From: Basidiobolus meristosporus CBS 931.73
Taxonomy: Eukaryota > Fungi > Basidiobolomycota
Length of the DNA: 53,112 nucleotides
Reading direction: 5' to 3'
NCBI GenBank assembly: GCA_002104905.1
Contig: MCFE01000610.1
Span: forward strand, 1-53,112
The position numbers and the translations under genes are program-made. The notes below the pieces were generated by a model that worked only from the letters and a program-made list of their open reading frames with translations, was not told where the DNA came from and searched no databases. This document shows positions 22,801 to 35,371 of the stretch, in pieces. Every line of letters starts with the position of its first letter. Position 1 is the stretch's first letter.

Positions 22801-25800
22801 CAGCCACTGGTTGCCCACATACATGTGATTGAATTTCAGCTTGCCAGGTTTTACTGACAGCAGCCACCGGTTGCCCACAGACATGAGACTGAATTTCAGC
22901 ATGCTAATTTTCTTACTGACAGCAGCCACTGGTTGCCCACAGACATGTGATTGAATTTCAGCATGCTAATATTCTATCTGAGAGCAGCCACTGGTTGCCC
23001 ACAGACATGTTACTGAATTTCAGCTTGCCAGTTTTCTTACTGACAGCAGCCACTGGTTGCCCACAGACATGTGACTGAATTTCAGCATGCTAATATTCTA
23101 TCTGAGAGCAGCCACTGATGCCCACAGACATGTTACTGAATTTCAGCTTGCCAGTTTTCTTACTGAAAGCAGCCACTGGTTGCCCACAGTCATGTGACTG
23201 AATTTCAGCATGCTAATTTTCTTTATGAGAGCAGCCACTGGTTGCCCACAGACATGTGACTGAATTTCAGCTTGCCAGTTTTCTTACCAACAGCAGCCAC
23301 TGGTTGCCCACAGGCATGTGACTGAATTTCAGCATGCTAATTTTCTTTATGAGAGCAGCCACTGGTTGCCCACAGACATGTGACTGAATTTCAGCTTGCC
23401 AGTTTTCTTACCGACAGCAGCCACTGGTTGCCCACAGGCATGTGACTGAATTTCAGCATGCTAATTTTCTTACTGTCAGCAGCCACTGGTTGCCCACATA
23501 CATGTGACTGAATTTCTGCTTGCCAGTTTTCTTACTGACAGCAGCCACTGGTTGCCCACAGGCATGTGACTGAATTACAGCATGCTAATTTTCTTTGCGA
23601 CAGCAGCCACTGGTTGCCCACAGACATGTGACTGAATTTCTGCTTGCCAGTTTTCTTACTGACAGCAGCCACTCGTTGCCCACAGGCATGTGACTGAATT
23701 TCAGCATGCTAATTTTCTTTCTGAGAGCATCCACTGGTTGCCCACAGACATGTGACTGAATTTCTGCTTTCCAGTTTTCTTACTGACAGCAGCCACTGGT
23801 TGCCCTGAGACAGGTGACTGAATTTTGGCTTGCCAGTTTTTACTGACAGCAGCCACTGGTTGCCCACAGACATGTGACTGAATTTCAGCATGCTAATTTT
23901 CTTTGCAACAGCAGCCACTGGTTGCCCACAGACATGTGACTGAATTTTGGTCTGCCAGTTTTGTCACTAACAACAGCCGCTGGTTGCACTGAGACATGTG
24001 ACTGAATTTCAGCATGCTAAATTTCTCTGTCATAGCAGCCACTGGTTGCGTACATACATGTGATTGTATTTCAGCTTGCCAGGTTTTACTGACAGCAGCC
24101 ACCGGTTGCCCACCAACATGTGACTGAATTTCAGCATGCTAATTTTCTTACTGACAGCAGCCACTGGTTGCCCACAGACATGTGACTGAATTTCAGCTTG
24201 CCAGTTTTCTTACCGACAGCAGCCACTGGTTGCCCACAGTCATGTGACCAAATTTCAGCTTGTTTTCTTACTGACAGCAGCCACTGGTTGCCCTGAGACA
24301 GGTGACTGAATTTTGGCTTGCCAGTTTTTACTGACAGCAGCCACTGGTTGCCCACAGACATGTGACTGAATTTCAGCATGCTAATTTTCTTTATGAGAGC
24401 AGCCACTGGTTGCCCACAGACATGTGACTGAATTTCAGCATGATAATTTGTCTTACTGATAGCAGCCACTGGTTGCCCACAGACATGTGACTGAATTTCG
24501 GCTTGCCAGTTTTTACTGACAGCAGCCACTGGTTGCCCACAGACATGTGACTGAATTTCAGCATGCTAATATTCTATCTGAGAGCAGCCACTGGTTGCCC
24601 GCAGACATGTGACTGAAATTCAGCATGCTAATTTTCTTACTGACAGCAGCCACTGGTTGCCCACAGACATGTGACTGAATTTCAGCTTGCCAGTTTTTAC
24701 TGACAGCAGCCACTGGTTGCCCACAGACATGTGACTGAATTTCCGCATGCTAATTTTCTTTCTGAGGGCAGCCACTGGTTGCCCGCAGACATGTGACTGA
24801 AATTCAGCATGCTAATTTTCTTACTGACAGCAGCCACTGGTTGCCCACAGACATGTGACTGAATTTCAGCTTGCCAGTTTTTACTGACAGCAGCCACTGG
24901 TTGCCCACAGACATGTGACTGAATTTCCGCATGCTAATTTTCTTTCTGAGGGCAGCCACTGGTTGCCCACAGACATGTGACTGAATTTCAGCATGCTAAC
25001 TTTCTTTCTGAGAGCAGCCACTGGTTGCCCACAGACATGTGACTGAATTTCAGCTTGCCAGTTTTCTTACTGACAGCAGCCACTGGTTGCCCACAGACAT
25101 GTGACTGAATTTCAGGATGCTAACTTTCTTTCTGAGAGCAGCCACTGGTTGCCCACAGACATGTGACTGAATTTCAGCTTGCCAGTTTTCTCACTGACAG
25201 CAGCCACTGGTTGCCCACAGACATGTGACTGAACTTCAGCATGCTAATTTTCTTTCTGAGAGCAGCCACTGGTTGCCCACAGACATGTTACTGAATTTCA
25301 GCTTGCCAGTTTTCTTACTGACAGCAGCCACTTGTTGCCCACAGACATGTGACTAAAAACCATCAGAATATTGATCAGGCTGACAGCAGCCACCGGTTGC
25401 CCACAGACATGTGACTGAATTTCAGCATGCTAATTTTCTTTCCGACAGCAGCCACTGGTTGCCCACAGACATGTGACTGAATTTCAGCATGCTAATATTC
25501 TTTCTGAGAGCAGCCACTGGTTGCCCACAGACATGTTACTAAATTTCAGCTTGACAGTTTTCTTACTGACAGCAGCCACTGGTTGCCCACAGACATGTGA
25601 CTGAATTTCAGCTTTCCAGTTTTCTTACTGACAGCAGCCACTGGTTGACATGAGACATGTGACTGAATTTTGGCTTGCCAGTTTTTATTGACAGCAGCCA
25701 CTGGTTGCCCACAGACATGTGACTGAATTTTGGTCTGCCAGTTTTGTCACTAACAACAGCTGCTGGTTGCCCTGAGACATGTGGCTGAATTTCAGCATGC

Positions 25801-28450
25801 TAATTTTCTCTGTGATAGCAGCCACTGGTTGCCCACATACATGTGATTGAATTTCAGCTTGCCAGGTTTTACTGACAGCAGCCACCGGTTGCGCACAGAC
25901 ATGTGACTGAATTTCAGCATGCTAATTTTCTTACTGACAGCAGCCACTGGTTGCCCACAGACATGTGACTGAATTTTAGCATGCTAACTTTCTTTCTGAG
26001 AGCAGCCACTGGTTGCCCACAGACATGTGACTGAATTTCAGCTTTCCAGTTTTCTTACTGACAGCAGCCACTGGTTGCCCTGAGAAATGTGACTGAATTT
26101 TGGCTTGCCAGTTTTTACTGACAGCAGCCACTGGTTGCCCACAGACATGTGACTGAATTTTGGTCTGCCAGTTTTGTCACTAACAACAGCCGCTGGTTGC
26201 CCTGAGACATGTGACTGAATTTCAGCATGCTAACTTTCTCTGTGATAGCAGCCTCTGGTTGCCCACATACATGTGATTGAATTTCAGCTTGCCAGGTTTT
26301 ACTGACAGCAGCCACCGGTTGCCCACAGACATGTGACTGAATTTCAGCATGCTAATTTTCTTACTGACAGCAGCCACTGGTTGCCCACAGACATGTGATT
26401 TCAGCATGCTAACTTTCTTTCTGAGAGCAGCCACTGGTTGCCCACAGACCTGTGACTGAATTTCAGCTTGCCAGTTTTCTTACTGACAGCAGCCACTTGT
26501 TGCCCACAGTCATGTGACTGAATTTCAGCATGCTAATTTTCTTTATGAGAGCAGCCACTGGTTGCCCACAGACATGTGACTGAATTTCAGCATGATAATT
26601 TGTCTTACTGACAGCAGCCACTGGTTGCCCACAGACATGTGATTTCAGCATGCTAACTTTCTTTCTGAGAGCAGCCACTGGTTGCCCACAGACCTGTGAC
26701 TGAATTTCAGCTTGCCAGTTTTCTTACTGACAGCAGCCACTGGTTGCCCACATTCATGTGACTGAATTTCAGCATGCTAATTTTCTTTATGAGAGCAGCC
26801 ACTGGTTGCCTACAGACATGTGACTGAATTTCAGCATGATAATTTGTCTTACTGACAGCAGCCACTGGTTGCCCACAGACATGTGATTTCAGCATGCTAA
26901 CATTCTTTCTGAGAGCAGCCACTGGTTGCCCACAGACCTGGGACTGAATTTCAGCTTGCCAGTTTTCTTACTGACAGCAGCCACTGGTTGCCCACAGTCA
27001 TGTGACTGAATTTCAGCTTGCTAATTTTCTTTCTGACAGCAGCCACTGGTTGCCCATAGATATGTGATTGAATTTCAGCTTGCCTGTTTTCTTACTGACA
27101 GCAGCCACTATTTGCTCACAGACATGTGACTGAATTTCAGCATGCTAATTTTCTTTCTGATAGCTGCCACTTGTAACCACAGACATGTAACTCAGCTTCA
27201 GCATGCAAAATTTCTTACCAACAGCAGCCTCTTGTTGCCTATAGACATGTGACTGATATTTATAGTGCTAATCTTCTCTCTGACTGCAGTCACCAGTTGT
27301 ACACAGTCATGTAACTAAAAACAATGCATTAATTTTCAGTTCTGACAGCAACCTCAGGATGCCCTTAGACCTGTGATTGAATTTAGCCACCAGTTGCCAA
27401 TAGACATGTGGCCAAAATCATTTTTTTAATTTTCTCACTGTGTACTCTAATGTCAGCCCCTGATTGCCTACAGACATGTGATAACAATCATATAGTTATT
27501 TATCTGTTTTTGACTCTGACAGCAGCCACTGGATATCCACTAAGATGTTGCTGAAACTTAAGATTCTAATTTTGTACAGTCAGTAGCCACTAGTTTTACA
27601 CAGAAATATGACTGAAATTCACCATGCAATCTTTTTTCTGACAGCTGCCATTGGTTGCAAACAAACATGCAACTCAGATCATTTAGTTGAGCCTCTTGCC
27701 GCAGAATCCAACAGCAGCCACTGAATGCCCACAGACATGTCATCAAAAATATTTAGAGAATCTTCTCACTCTTGTCTATAATGGCAGCCACCGGTTACCC
27801 AGAGACATGTTACCAAAAGTATCTTGTTATTTTTCAAATTTGACTGCAGCCATTGGCTGCCTACAGACCAGTGAATGAAATTTACTGTGCTAATTTTAAC
27901 CATGAGAAGCTACTGGTTGTCCAAAAACACATGACCCAAATAAAATAAGTCAAATCTCAAGTCTAAAAGCTGCCGCTTGGTGACCACAGACATGTGACTG
28001 AAATCTAATGTGCCAATTTTCTCATTGAAAGTAGTCACTGGTTGTCCACAGGAAGCCCACAGACCTGCAACTCACATTCACTGTGCTAAGTTTACATCTG
28101 AAAGCAGCTACAGATATAGTACTAACATACAATGAGTTAATCTTCAAATCTGACATCTTCCACTGCCTGCCAGGAACCTATGACAGAACACCTTTAAGTC
28201 AATTTTACAATCAGACAGCTGCTATAGGTAGCATACAAATGTGGGACTGAAAAATTAAGTTAATTTTCTATCCAACAACAGCTACTGGATCCCAGCAGAT
28301 ATGTGACCTATATTTGACAAACAAATTTTAATCTGATGCCAGCTACTGGAATCCTTCAGCTGTATGCCAAAAAATTATCATATAATTTACACAAACAATG
28401 TGAAGCCACCGGATATTTACAGTATCATGTGTCTGCCCACTCTTAGATGA
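19880..28450 (+). repeat. Satellite array I, 60-62 bp monomer (homogeneous ~20340-27150, about 110 monomers; degenerate flanks)
   Basis: Tandem CTGACAGCAGCCACTGGTTGCCCACAGACATGTGACTGAATTTCAGC plus a variable linker (atgctaattttc.., ttgccagttttc..). Measured periods are 60-62 bp. Confidence 0.97.
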
Positions 28451-30725
28451 CTAAAAACTTTGCAAATACCTATGAAACTCAGAATAGGGACTTGGTCCTC
28501 ACAGAGATATCACTGAAACTCTCAATGCTAAGTATTGTTAAATGCTGGCAGCCTTGGAGTACCAATAGTCTTAAGATTTAGTATTGCAGCCCTTACTTTT
28601 TTGCTGACTGACTGTTACTTAAAATTAATAATGCATGTAAGAGCACCTACTAGAAAGCCCTACAGCATATACAAATTGCCATGTTAATCTTCTTTTCAAA
28701 CTGAGTGCAGCCACCTGGTACAGTCATATGACTAGAATTGAGAACTCCAATTTTTCAAGCTGAAGGTATACACTGGATGCCTATAGTTATGTGGTTGAAA
28801 TTGCAACACTAGCTTCTCTGAGACTGAGAGCATTCTCCAGATGCCCACAAACATGAGGTCCAGAAGAATACAGCACATTTGCTAACAAAATCAGAGTCAC
28901 CAACAGATGCCCTCAGAGTATATTTTGAGTATTCTGGAACATGAACACCTCACAAGGTAGGATTGTAATTGTGAAGCTCTTTATTCTAACACAATGTGAG
29001 CAGTTACTATATGCCTGCTGACAGGAACTTTGAAATGACCTGAGTAGCTGTTGTTTACAAACTTTTGGTAGCTATCTGATGCTCCCAAAATATTGGCTTG
29101 GTATTGAACAAACTATGAGTATAATATCACATAAACAAGTACTGAGTGCCCATAGGCCTTTTCTTGTTAGTCCTGTATGTGATTGAATAGCCCAAAGAGT
29201 GCTTCCAGATTTCATGTTACATTGATGCTGTATACTTTGTAAGTGGCTGCTTAGTACTGGATGCCCAAAGGCCTTTACTTGTTAGCCTGTAACTCAAATA
29301 ACATCCACAGTGCCAACAGCCAATGGATTTGTAGAAAAGTGTGTATAGAGGTTGTTGAAACCTCTTTTTGTGACAAACTATGAGCAGCCACAAGATGCCA
29401 ACATATGTGATGATTAAAATCTGTAAAGCTTGAAATTACAACTGTGTTTCCAAAACCCTGAATATGAGACATACTTAGACATGTGAGCAGTCACAGAATA
29501 CCATACAGGAGATGTCCAGGTATGGAACAACTGTTTTGTGATATATATCACAAACACTGTGCACTCATGTAGCTGATACCTGGAATATCAGCATCTCATA
29601 TGTTTCAATAATGTTTGCACTGGTTGAGTTGCCCAAAAAGTGCATCTAGATTTTGTGTTACATTGGTGCTGTATACTTTGTAAGTAGCTACTCAGTGTCT
29701 ATGGTAAATATGTGCTTGGCAAACTGTGTGCAGCCAAGCAACTTTTACACAATAAATCATAAAAACTCCATAACTCAATAGCCTACTAGTGTAAACTGCC
29801 AATGGGTGCCTGCAGGGTTGCGGCTGATATAACAAAAGCTGTGTCTCCTGAGCAATAGTAAGCAGTCAATGCATGTTTGCCAGGTAGATGCCAAAAGTTG
29901 CAACATCCGTATTGGACAATATGGCATGTAGACTCTAGCTGCCCACAAAATGCTTTCTGATTATATAACAATAATGCTACATAGCAAATGAACACCTACA
30001 AGATGATATCAGTTTCTAGTTAATAGCATAACCTGCAAATGCAGTTACTTGTCAATAGCTAACAGATACTCCCAGGGGAATTGCTGAAAATCAATTGGCT
30101 GTGTACGTTTCTGAATGCTAAGCAAATCTTGTATTTACACAAAGTGGATTTGTAATGGCCTATGTATTTCCTGATAGCCCTTCAGGTTGGAATATGTATA
30201 CTGAATATGGTCCTGCCAAGTTCCCACAGATTACTTGCCTGTTTCCCTACAGCTTAGATACATTCTATTAGGCAAGTGGCTGCTAGCAAGCTGAATCAAT
30301 ACAAGCCCCACAACTGCTTTGTAGTCTGATAAGCAGTGAGCAGCCACTGAACTCTTATGGGGTATTGGTTGACACTCCCATATACTGTCAATGTTGAAAG
30401 CCATAGATGCTATGTAAGAGCAGAATATAAGTGCAATTGCTTGATGATTCTAAGTTCTTTTCACAGTTACATAACTGGATTACATCCCTAAATGTAAGTA
30501 GCCACTGTATTTCTACACAATCAGTTCTAAAATTGCACTGGCCATGTTACTTGATCTATTGTACACAGCTACCAGGCACCCACTGAAGCGTTTTGAAATT
30601 GTTTCACTTTGTACTCTAACCTATTTCCTGTACTGCCTCTGCTGCCTGCAAAGTGTGTATCTACCCAACTATCAAGCACTGGAACACTACAGGGTGTAAG
30701 CAAGGATTGAGTTCAATTTATTGAT

Positions 30726-31410
30726 GTATTCATTTTCAATAACAGTAATAGGATGGAGCATAATTAAGGCTTGGCAAAATGCCAGGTTGCTTAGGGATAA
30801 ACTGTGAGCAGTATGACAAATGTGGACTAATAGGGGTCATTTATGTGATATAGAAAATATGATTTCCCACAACAGACAAAAGTAGCATAATACTCAGATT
30901 ACAAAGAACAGCCATTGACCAAAAAGCAAGTGACGCTAGCAAGTAGAGCCAATACAAGCCCCATAATTGCTTGTATTCACTTGCACTTACAGTAATAGGA
31001 TGGTGCACAATTAGGGCTTGGCAAAATGCCTGGTTGCTTGGGGATAAACTGTGAGTGGTATGACAAATGGGGGCTAATAGGGGTCATGACAGTGATATAG
31101 AAAATATGATTTCCCACACCAGACAAATGCAGCATAATACTCAGATCACAAAGAACAGCCATAGACCAAAAAGCAAGTGGCTGCTAGCAAGTAGAGCCAA
31201 TACAAGCCCCATAATTGCTTGTATTCACTTGCACTTACAGTAATAGGATGGTGCACAATTAGGGCTTGGCAAAATGCCAGGCTGCTTGGGGATAAACTGT
31301 GATTGGTATAACAAATATGGGTTGATAGGGGTGATTAGAGTACTATTGACAATTTGATTGCCCACACTAGACAAAAGTGGCATAACACTCAGATTACAAA
31401 GAGCAGCTAT
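30726..31410. repeat. Tandem repeat, 247-248 bp unit x ~2.8
   Basis: Units start gtattca at 30726, 30973 and 31221. A partial older copy lies at ~30270-30325. Confidence 0.9.
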
Positions 31411-34400
31411 TGCTCAGCTTTTTAAATCTATAAGACTACTTGCAGGTACAAAGCTGAGTAGATGCAAAATGAACACTATATCAATACCATCTTGAAGTAG
31501 GATGCTTTGCACTGGTTCTAAGCCTAATGTAGTCCTATGTTCCACAAAATATTACTTTCAATGTGGCTCAATGAGTATTTCAGTCAGCATAACCTCAATT
31601 GTAAATTATGCATACTGTATGAATCCTGCTCCTGAGGCTGTTGTGACTAGAGGATAATCTCAAAATGTGTCTTGTACTACATTTACAATTGGGAATTATT
31701 AGTGGTGGATCATATTTTCCAACTCCTGCACTTTTCTGGCAATGTTTTAGCAAGTGAAGTACCTGGCCACTCCATTATTTAGTACTGCCTCATTTTCTCC
31801 TTGACATAATAACTTGAACATTTCATAATTCTCTTAACCAATCAAACATAGCTGTAAGTGAGTAAATATTACCCACTCAATTTCCTAGACCTGGAAGGTA
31901 TCTGATTGCATCCAATGCTGCTGCACACTTCTGTAGGGAGCTAATTGAATGTTCTACATCCTAACTGACCTACCTATGTCAATTTTTTCTTGCGTAAATA
32001 ACTCAATTATTTGCATTAAGCTGTGTTATTCATCAACAACAAGTATTGCATACATTGCTGATCTTCATTAACAGAATCAGGATTATTAAGAGCTTTCTAA
32101 AATGTCTGTACCAGAATGCAGATTGCCATAATTGCTTGAATAGCGTTGGAGATCCCTTGCACTATTAGCAGGGATGGCCTCTTCCAGAAGAGTTGCACTC
32201 AAAGCAAATTAGATCCTTATGCAAGCCAATATTTTAGTTCAGCAATTTCTGATACACCAGCTTAGACAACTCTTGCATTTGTTGCTGTGTAAGACTTCTC
32301 AAATGAAGCAACTCAGTGAAAATGTTTCTTTTCATTAAAAGCCATGCCATTGCTTTCAATAAACTTTAAGCATATGGGTATCCTAGATCTTGTGAGCCAT
32401 AGATTTACCCTAGCATTCCAGAAACATACACTGTAATAGTCATACTTAGTCTTTGGAAGCTGTATTGTAAACATCATATCTTGTCAATAAATGCAAAGTA
32501 TTTGGTCACAGCTTATGTTGCTATCTTTATGTCTTCTCTTATATGCCTAGAGCCTACATGGTCCTTTCTATCTCATCTCATAGCCATGTACCTGCATTAT
32601 TCAGGTGATCACCCATAATACAAGTTAATATATCATCCATGGGTCCACTCTGCTATTATCAGCAACTAGAATACTAAAGGCTGACAGGGACTCTGATCCT
32701 CTGTTAAATATTCCTTTCAATATTGGACTGACTACCTGATATGAGGCTGTTCTCTTAGCTTCCTTAATATGAAAAGACATGGATTCTAATAGGCTTTGAT
32801 TGATATGATTTGGCATGTATATAAATGCTTGGTTGATGAAGATTCACAGAATACCAGCCAAGGGACAATGCGTGTTGCCAATCCTATATGTTTCTGCATA
32901 TGGTAGTCCCTTTGTTATTACATTACATTTTGACTTTTGCATCCACTTTGATGATACATAGTTGATGTTTGTACTTTGCGGATAGGCACACAGCACACTA
33001 AGTGCCTCAGCTGTTTTTGTAGTAGTAGCATTGAGCCTTCAGTGCTCATTTTACTTTGCTAACCCTGCATTGGTGGTATGACCCTATGTTCTATCCAGTT
33101 TGGTGGGTTCTTAAGGGTAGGCTATGAAAGACACTACTTTGGACTTGATAGTTACTTCCAAACCTGAAAGTCACTGAGGAGCATTGGAAACAAAATCACT
33201 TCTAAAACAAAATATACTAATGATTTTAACTGCATAAATGACACCCTTGTCCCTTGTAGTTTCTTTATTCTCATTGATACTGCCTGCAGTAAAGCATCTT
33301 GCCTCACAGGTTCTTAGCAATCACTTGTTTTCTGAGAATATCTTTCTCTAACCTTTGGGTACCCACTTCCCTACTAGGACATATTGTTAGCAAGAGAGAT
33401 AAATACACAGCTGCTCTATGCCTTTATCAGGATTCAGGATATGTACTATTTATAGGTGATTGTGTGATATGCACACTGAATTTTGTTTTTCAACTTGAAG
33501 TGACATGATTATTATTGGTCAATTTGCTAAACTATAGGCCCTACAGGATTCTTTATATTTTGAGTAGGGTCCTGCTGCAATTTGGTAATAGATGGACTCA
33601 CTGGCATACTAAGGCATCATGTCAACTGTTGAGGCTGAAGCATTGAGTCCAATAAACATGAATGTTAAAAAGAGTTTGTTTATGCAAAGTGCTTGATTTG
33701 ATTAAAAATATTCACACTATCAACAGGAAAGCCATTCTATAGATTATACCTTCTATGGGCATAGATACTGAGTTTGCAATCAGATTGCTGCAAAATAGGT
33801 ATTCAGTGAACACTCTTCACAAATATGGCTTCAAGCACTAATTTCTGAATACTCAGCAAAGAGCTTCATACTTGGCTTGGTGTGATTTGAATCACTCTCA
33901 TTGGCCTGTATCTTAGCCTAAATAGCTTTATGAAGCGCAATAAATGCATTTGTTTTTGTCCAATAACCTGAGCACATGATGGTAGTAGTTTTCAACAGTT
34001 GCATACACACTATGAGCTTACAGGACCTTTCATACTGTGACATTGTGTAACTTGTTGATAAAAGCCAATAGTGTCTTCATGGCCGCTGGCCAATACCTAC
34101 TATTTTATAGCTCTAATCCTCCACATCACTATGCACAGATCAGTAGCCTGGCCATCAAGCTTGCCTTTGGGTTGTTAGCATCACCTATAAACTTTCCAAG
34201 TGCATTTATTTATGCTTGCCAATGCTTATTAGTGTACAATTGAAGGTATCTGTAATCCTCAGCAGATACAGAGCGTAGTCTCAGAGCAAAGCTAATCTCC
34301 CAAGATATCCATTTTCTGTATTATCCATAACTGGTCATGTAGTAAGCTCAGGAGACTTAGTTGCTCATAGATATGATGTCTCACTTAGCAACTCACTAAT

Positions 34401-35012
34401 GCCACTTGGCAGCTGACTAATAATTCAAAGCTCTATGTTCCATCATTTGTATGTTGTTGATGTTACACTAAGCTTGATGCTGACTCCTGTGAATTTATTC
34501 TCTTGGGAAAGATCTTAATAGTGAGTCTTTTGAAGATAGTTATGACTGCCAACCATCCAATCCTTACCAAAAATACTGAAGCATCCCACCGGCAGTCTTA
34601 TTTTGAATATTAGGTGCAAAGTATTGGGTGTAGCCTTTTATATATTAAATATTCTTCAAGGTTTGTTTTAAAAGTATAACTAATGCTATCTATAATGAGT
34701 GGGTAGCTTCAGCAATCTTAAGCCTCTGGTTGTCAGGTTAAGGAGTTGTTATTGTTTTATCTTATATCCTTCTCCATTATGGAGTCTTGAAATACCCAAA
34801 TAAGTCTTATCAAATTTAAGTCCTCTGCCAATAAATGTTCAGCATCCAGCAGTGCATAAAATACCATGGATGGTGCAATTCAATAGGCAGACATATATTA
34901 GCAGCTGGACTCCAAAGATATTGCATGTTAACATGAAAATGCTGTAACAATTAATACTCTCTGAATACCATTGTGTCATCATGCTCATCACAAAACTTTG
35001 CAAAGACTATTT

Positions 35013-35371
35013 TGATCTACCACTTGAATATTTAAGTTAGAGCAGTTTTTAGCCAAATCAGCTAGCATTAATTTAAGCCTATCAGTATATTGGTGTTATC
35101 TATCAAGCCAGTAGTATTGGTCAGCAGATGAGTCAGCAGATCCTTATCAGACTGAAATAGATTTACTAGGTAAGATCCAATTGGGTAATAATGATGCAAT
35201 CAGACAAGTCATCAGCTTCCATCTATATTAGGAAATAAATTAGTCAGCATTTGATCTGGCAAGATGTATATAAGGAGCTATTGGAACCTCAAAAATGAGC
35301 TCAAGTCTTATGTACAACTTACTAGGTATACTCTCTATTTCTCCACAAATCTTATATCAAGATTTGCAACA
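35013..35371 (+). repeat. 5' LTR of element 1 (~359 bp, TG...CA)
   Basis: Aligns with 37971-38332 and is followed by the PBS-like sequence. Confidence 0.8.

Noticed and set aside
21429-26922. Repetitive ORFs in array I (AEIQSHVCGQPVAA...), and likewise 43442-52961 in array II
   Set aside because: Translation by-products of 60-62 bp monomers, with frequent frame changes and stops.
31420-35000. LINE/DIRS or other element in the decayed interval; also a possible integrase fragment at 38400-38950
   Set aside because: No catalytic motif could be read with confidence. A translated profile search would be needed.
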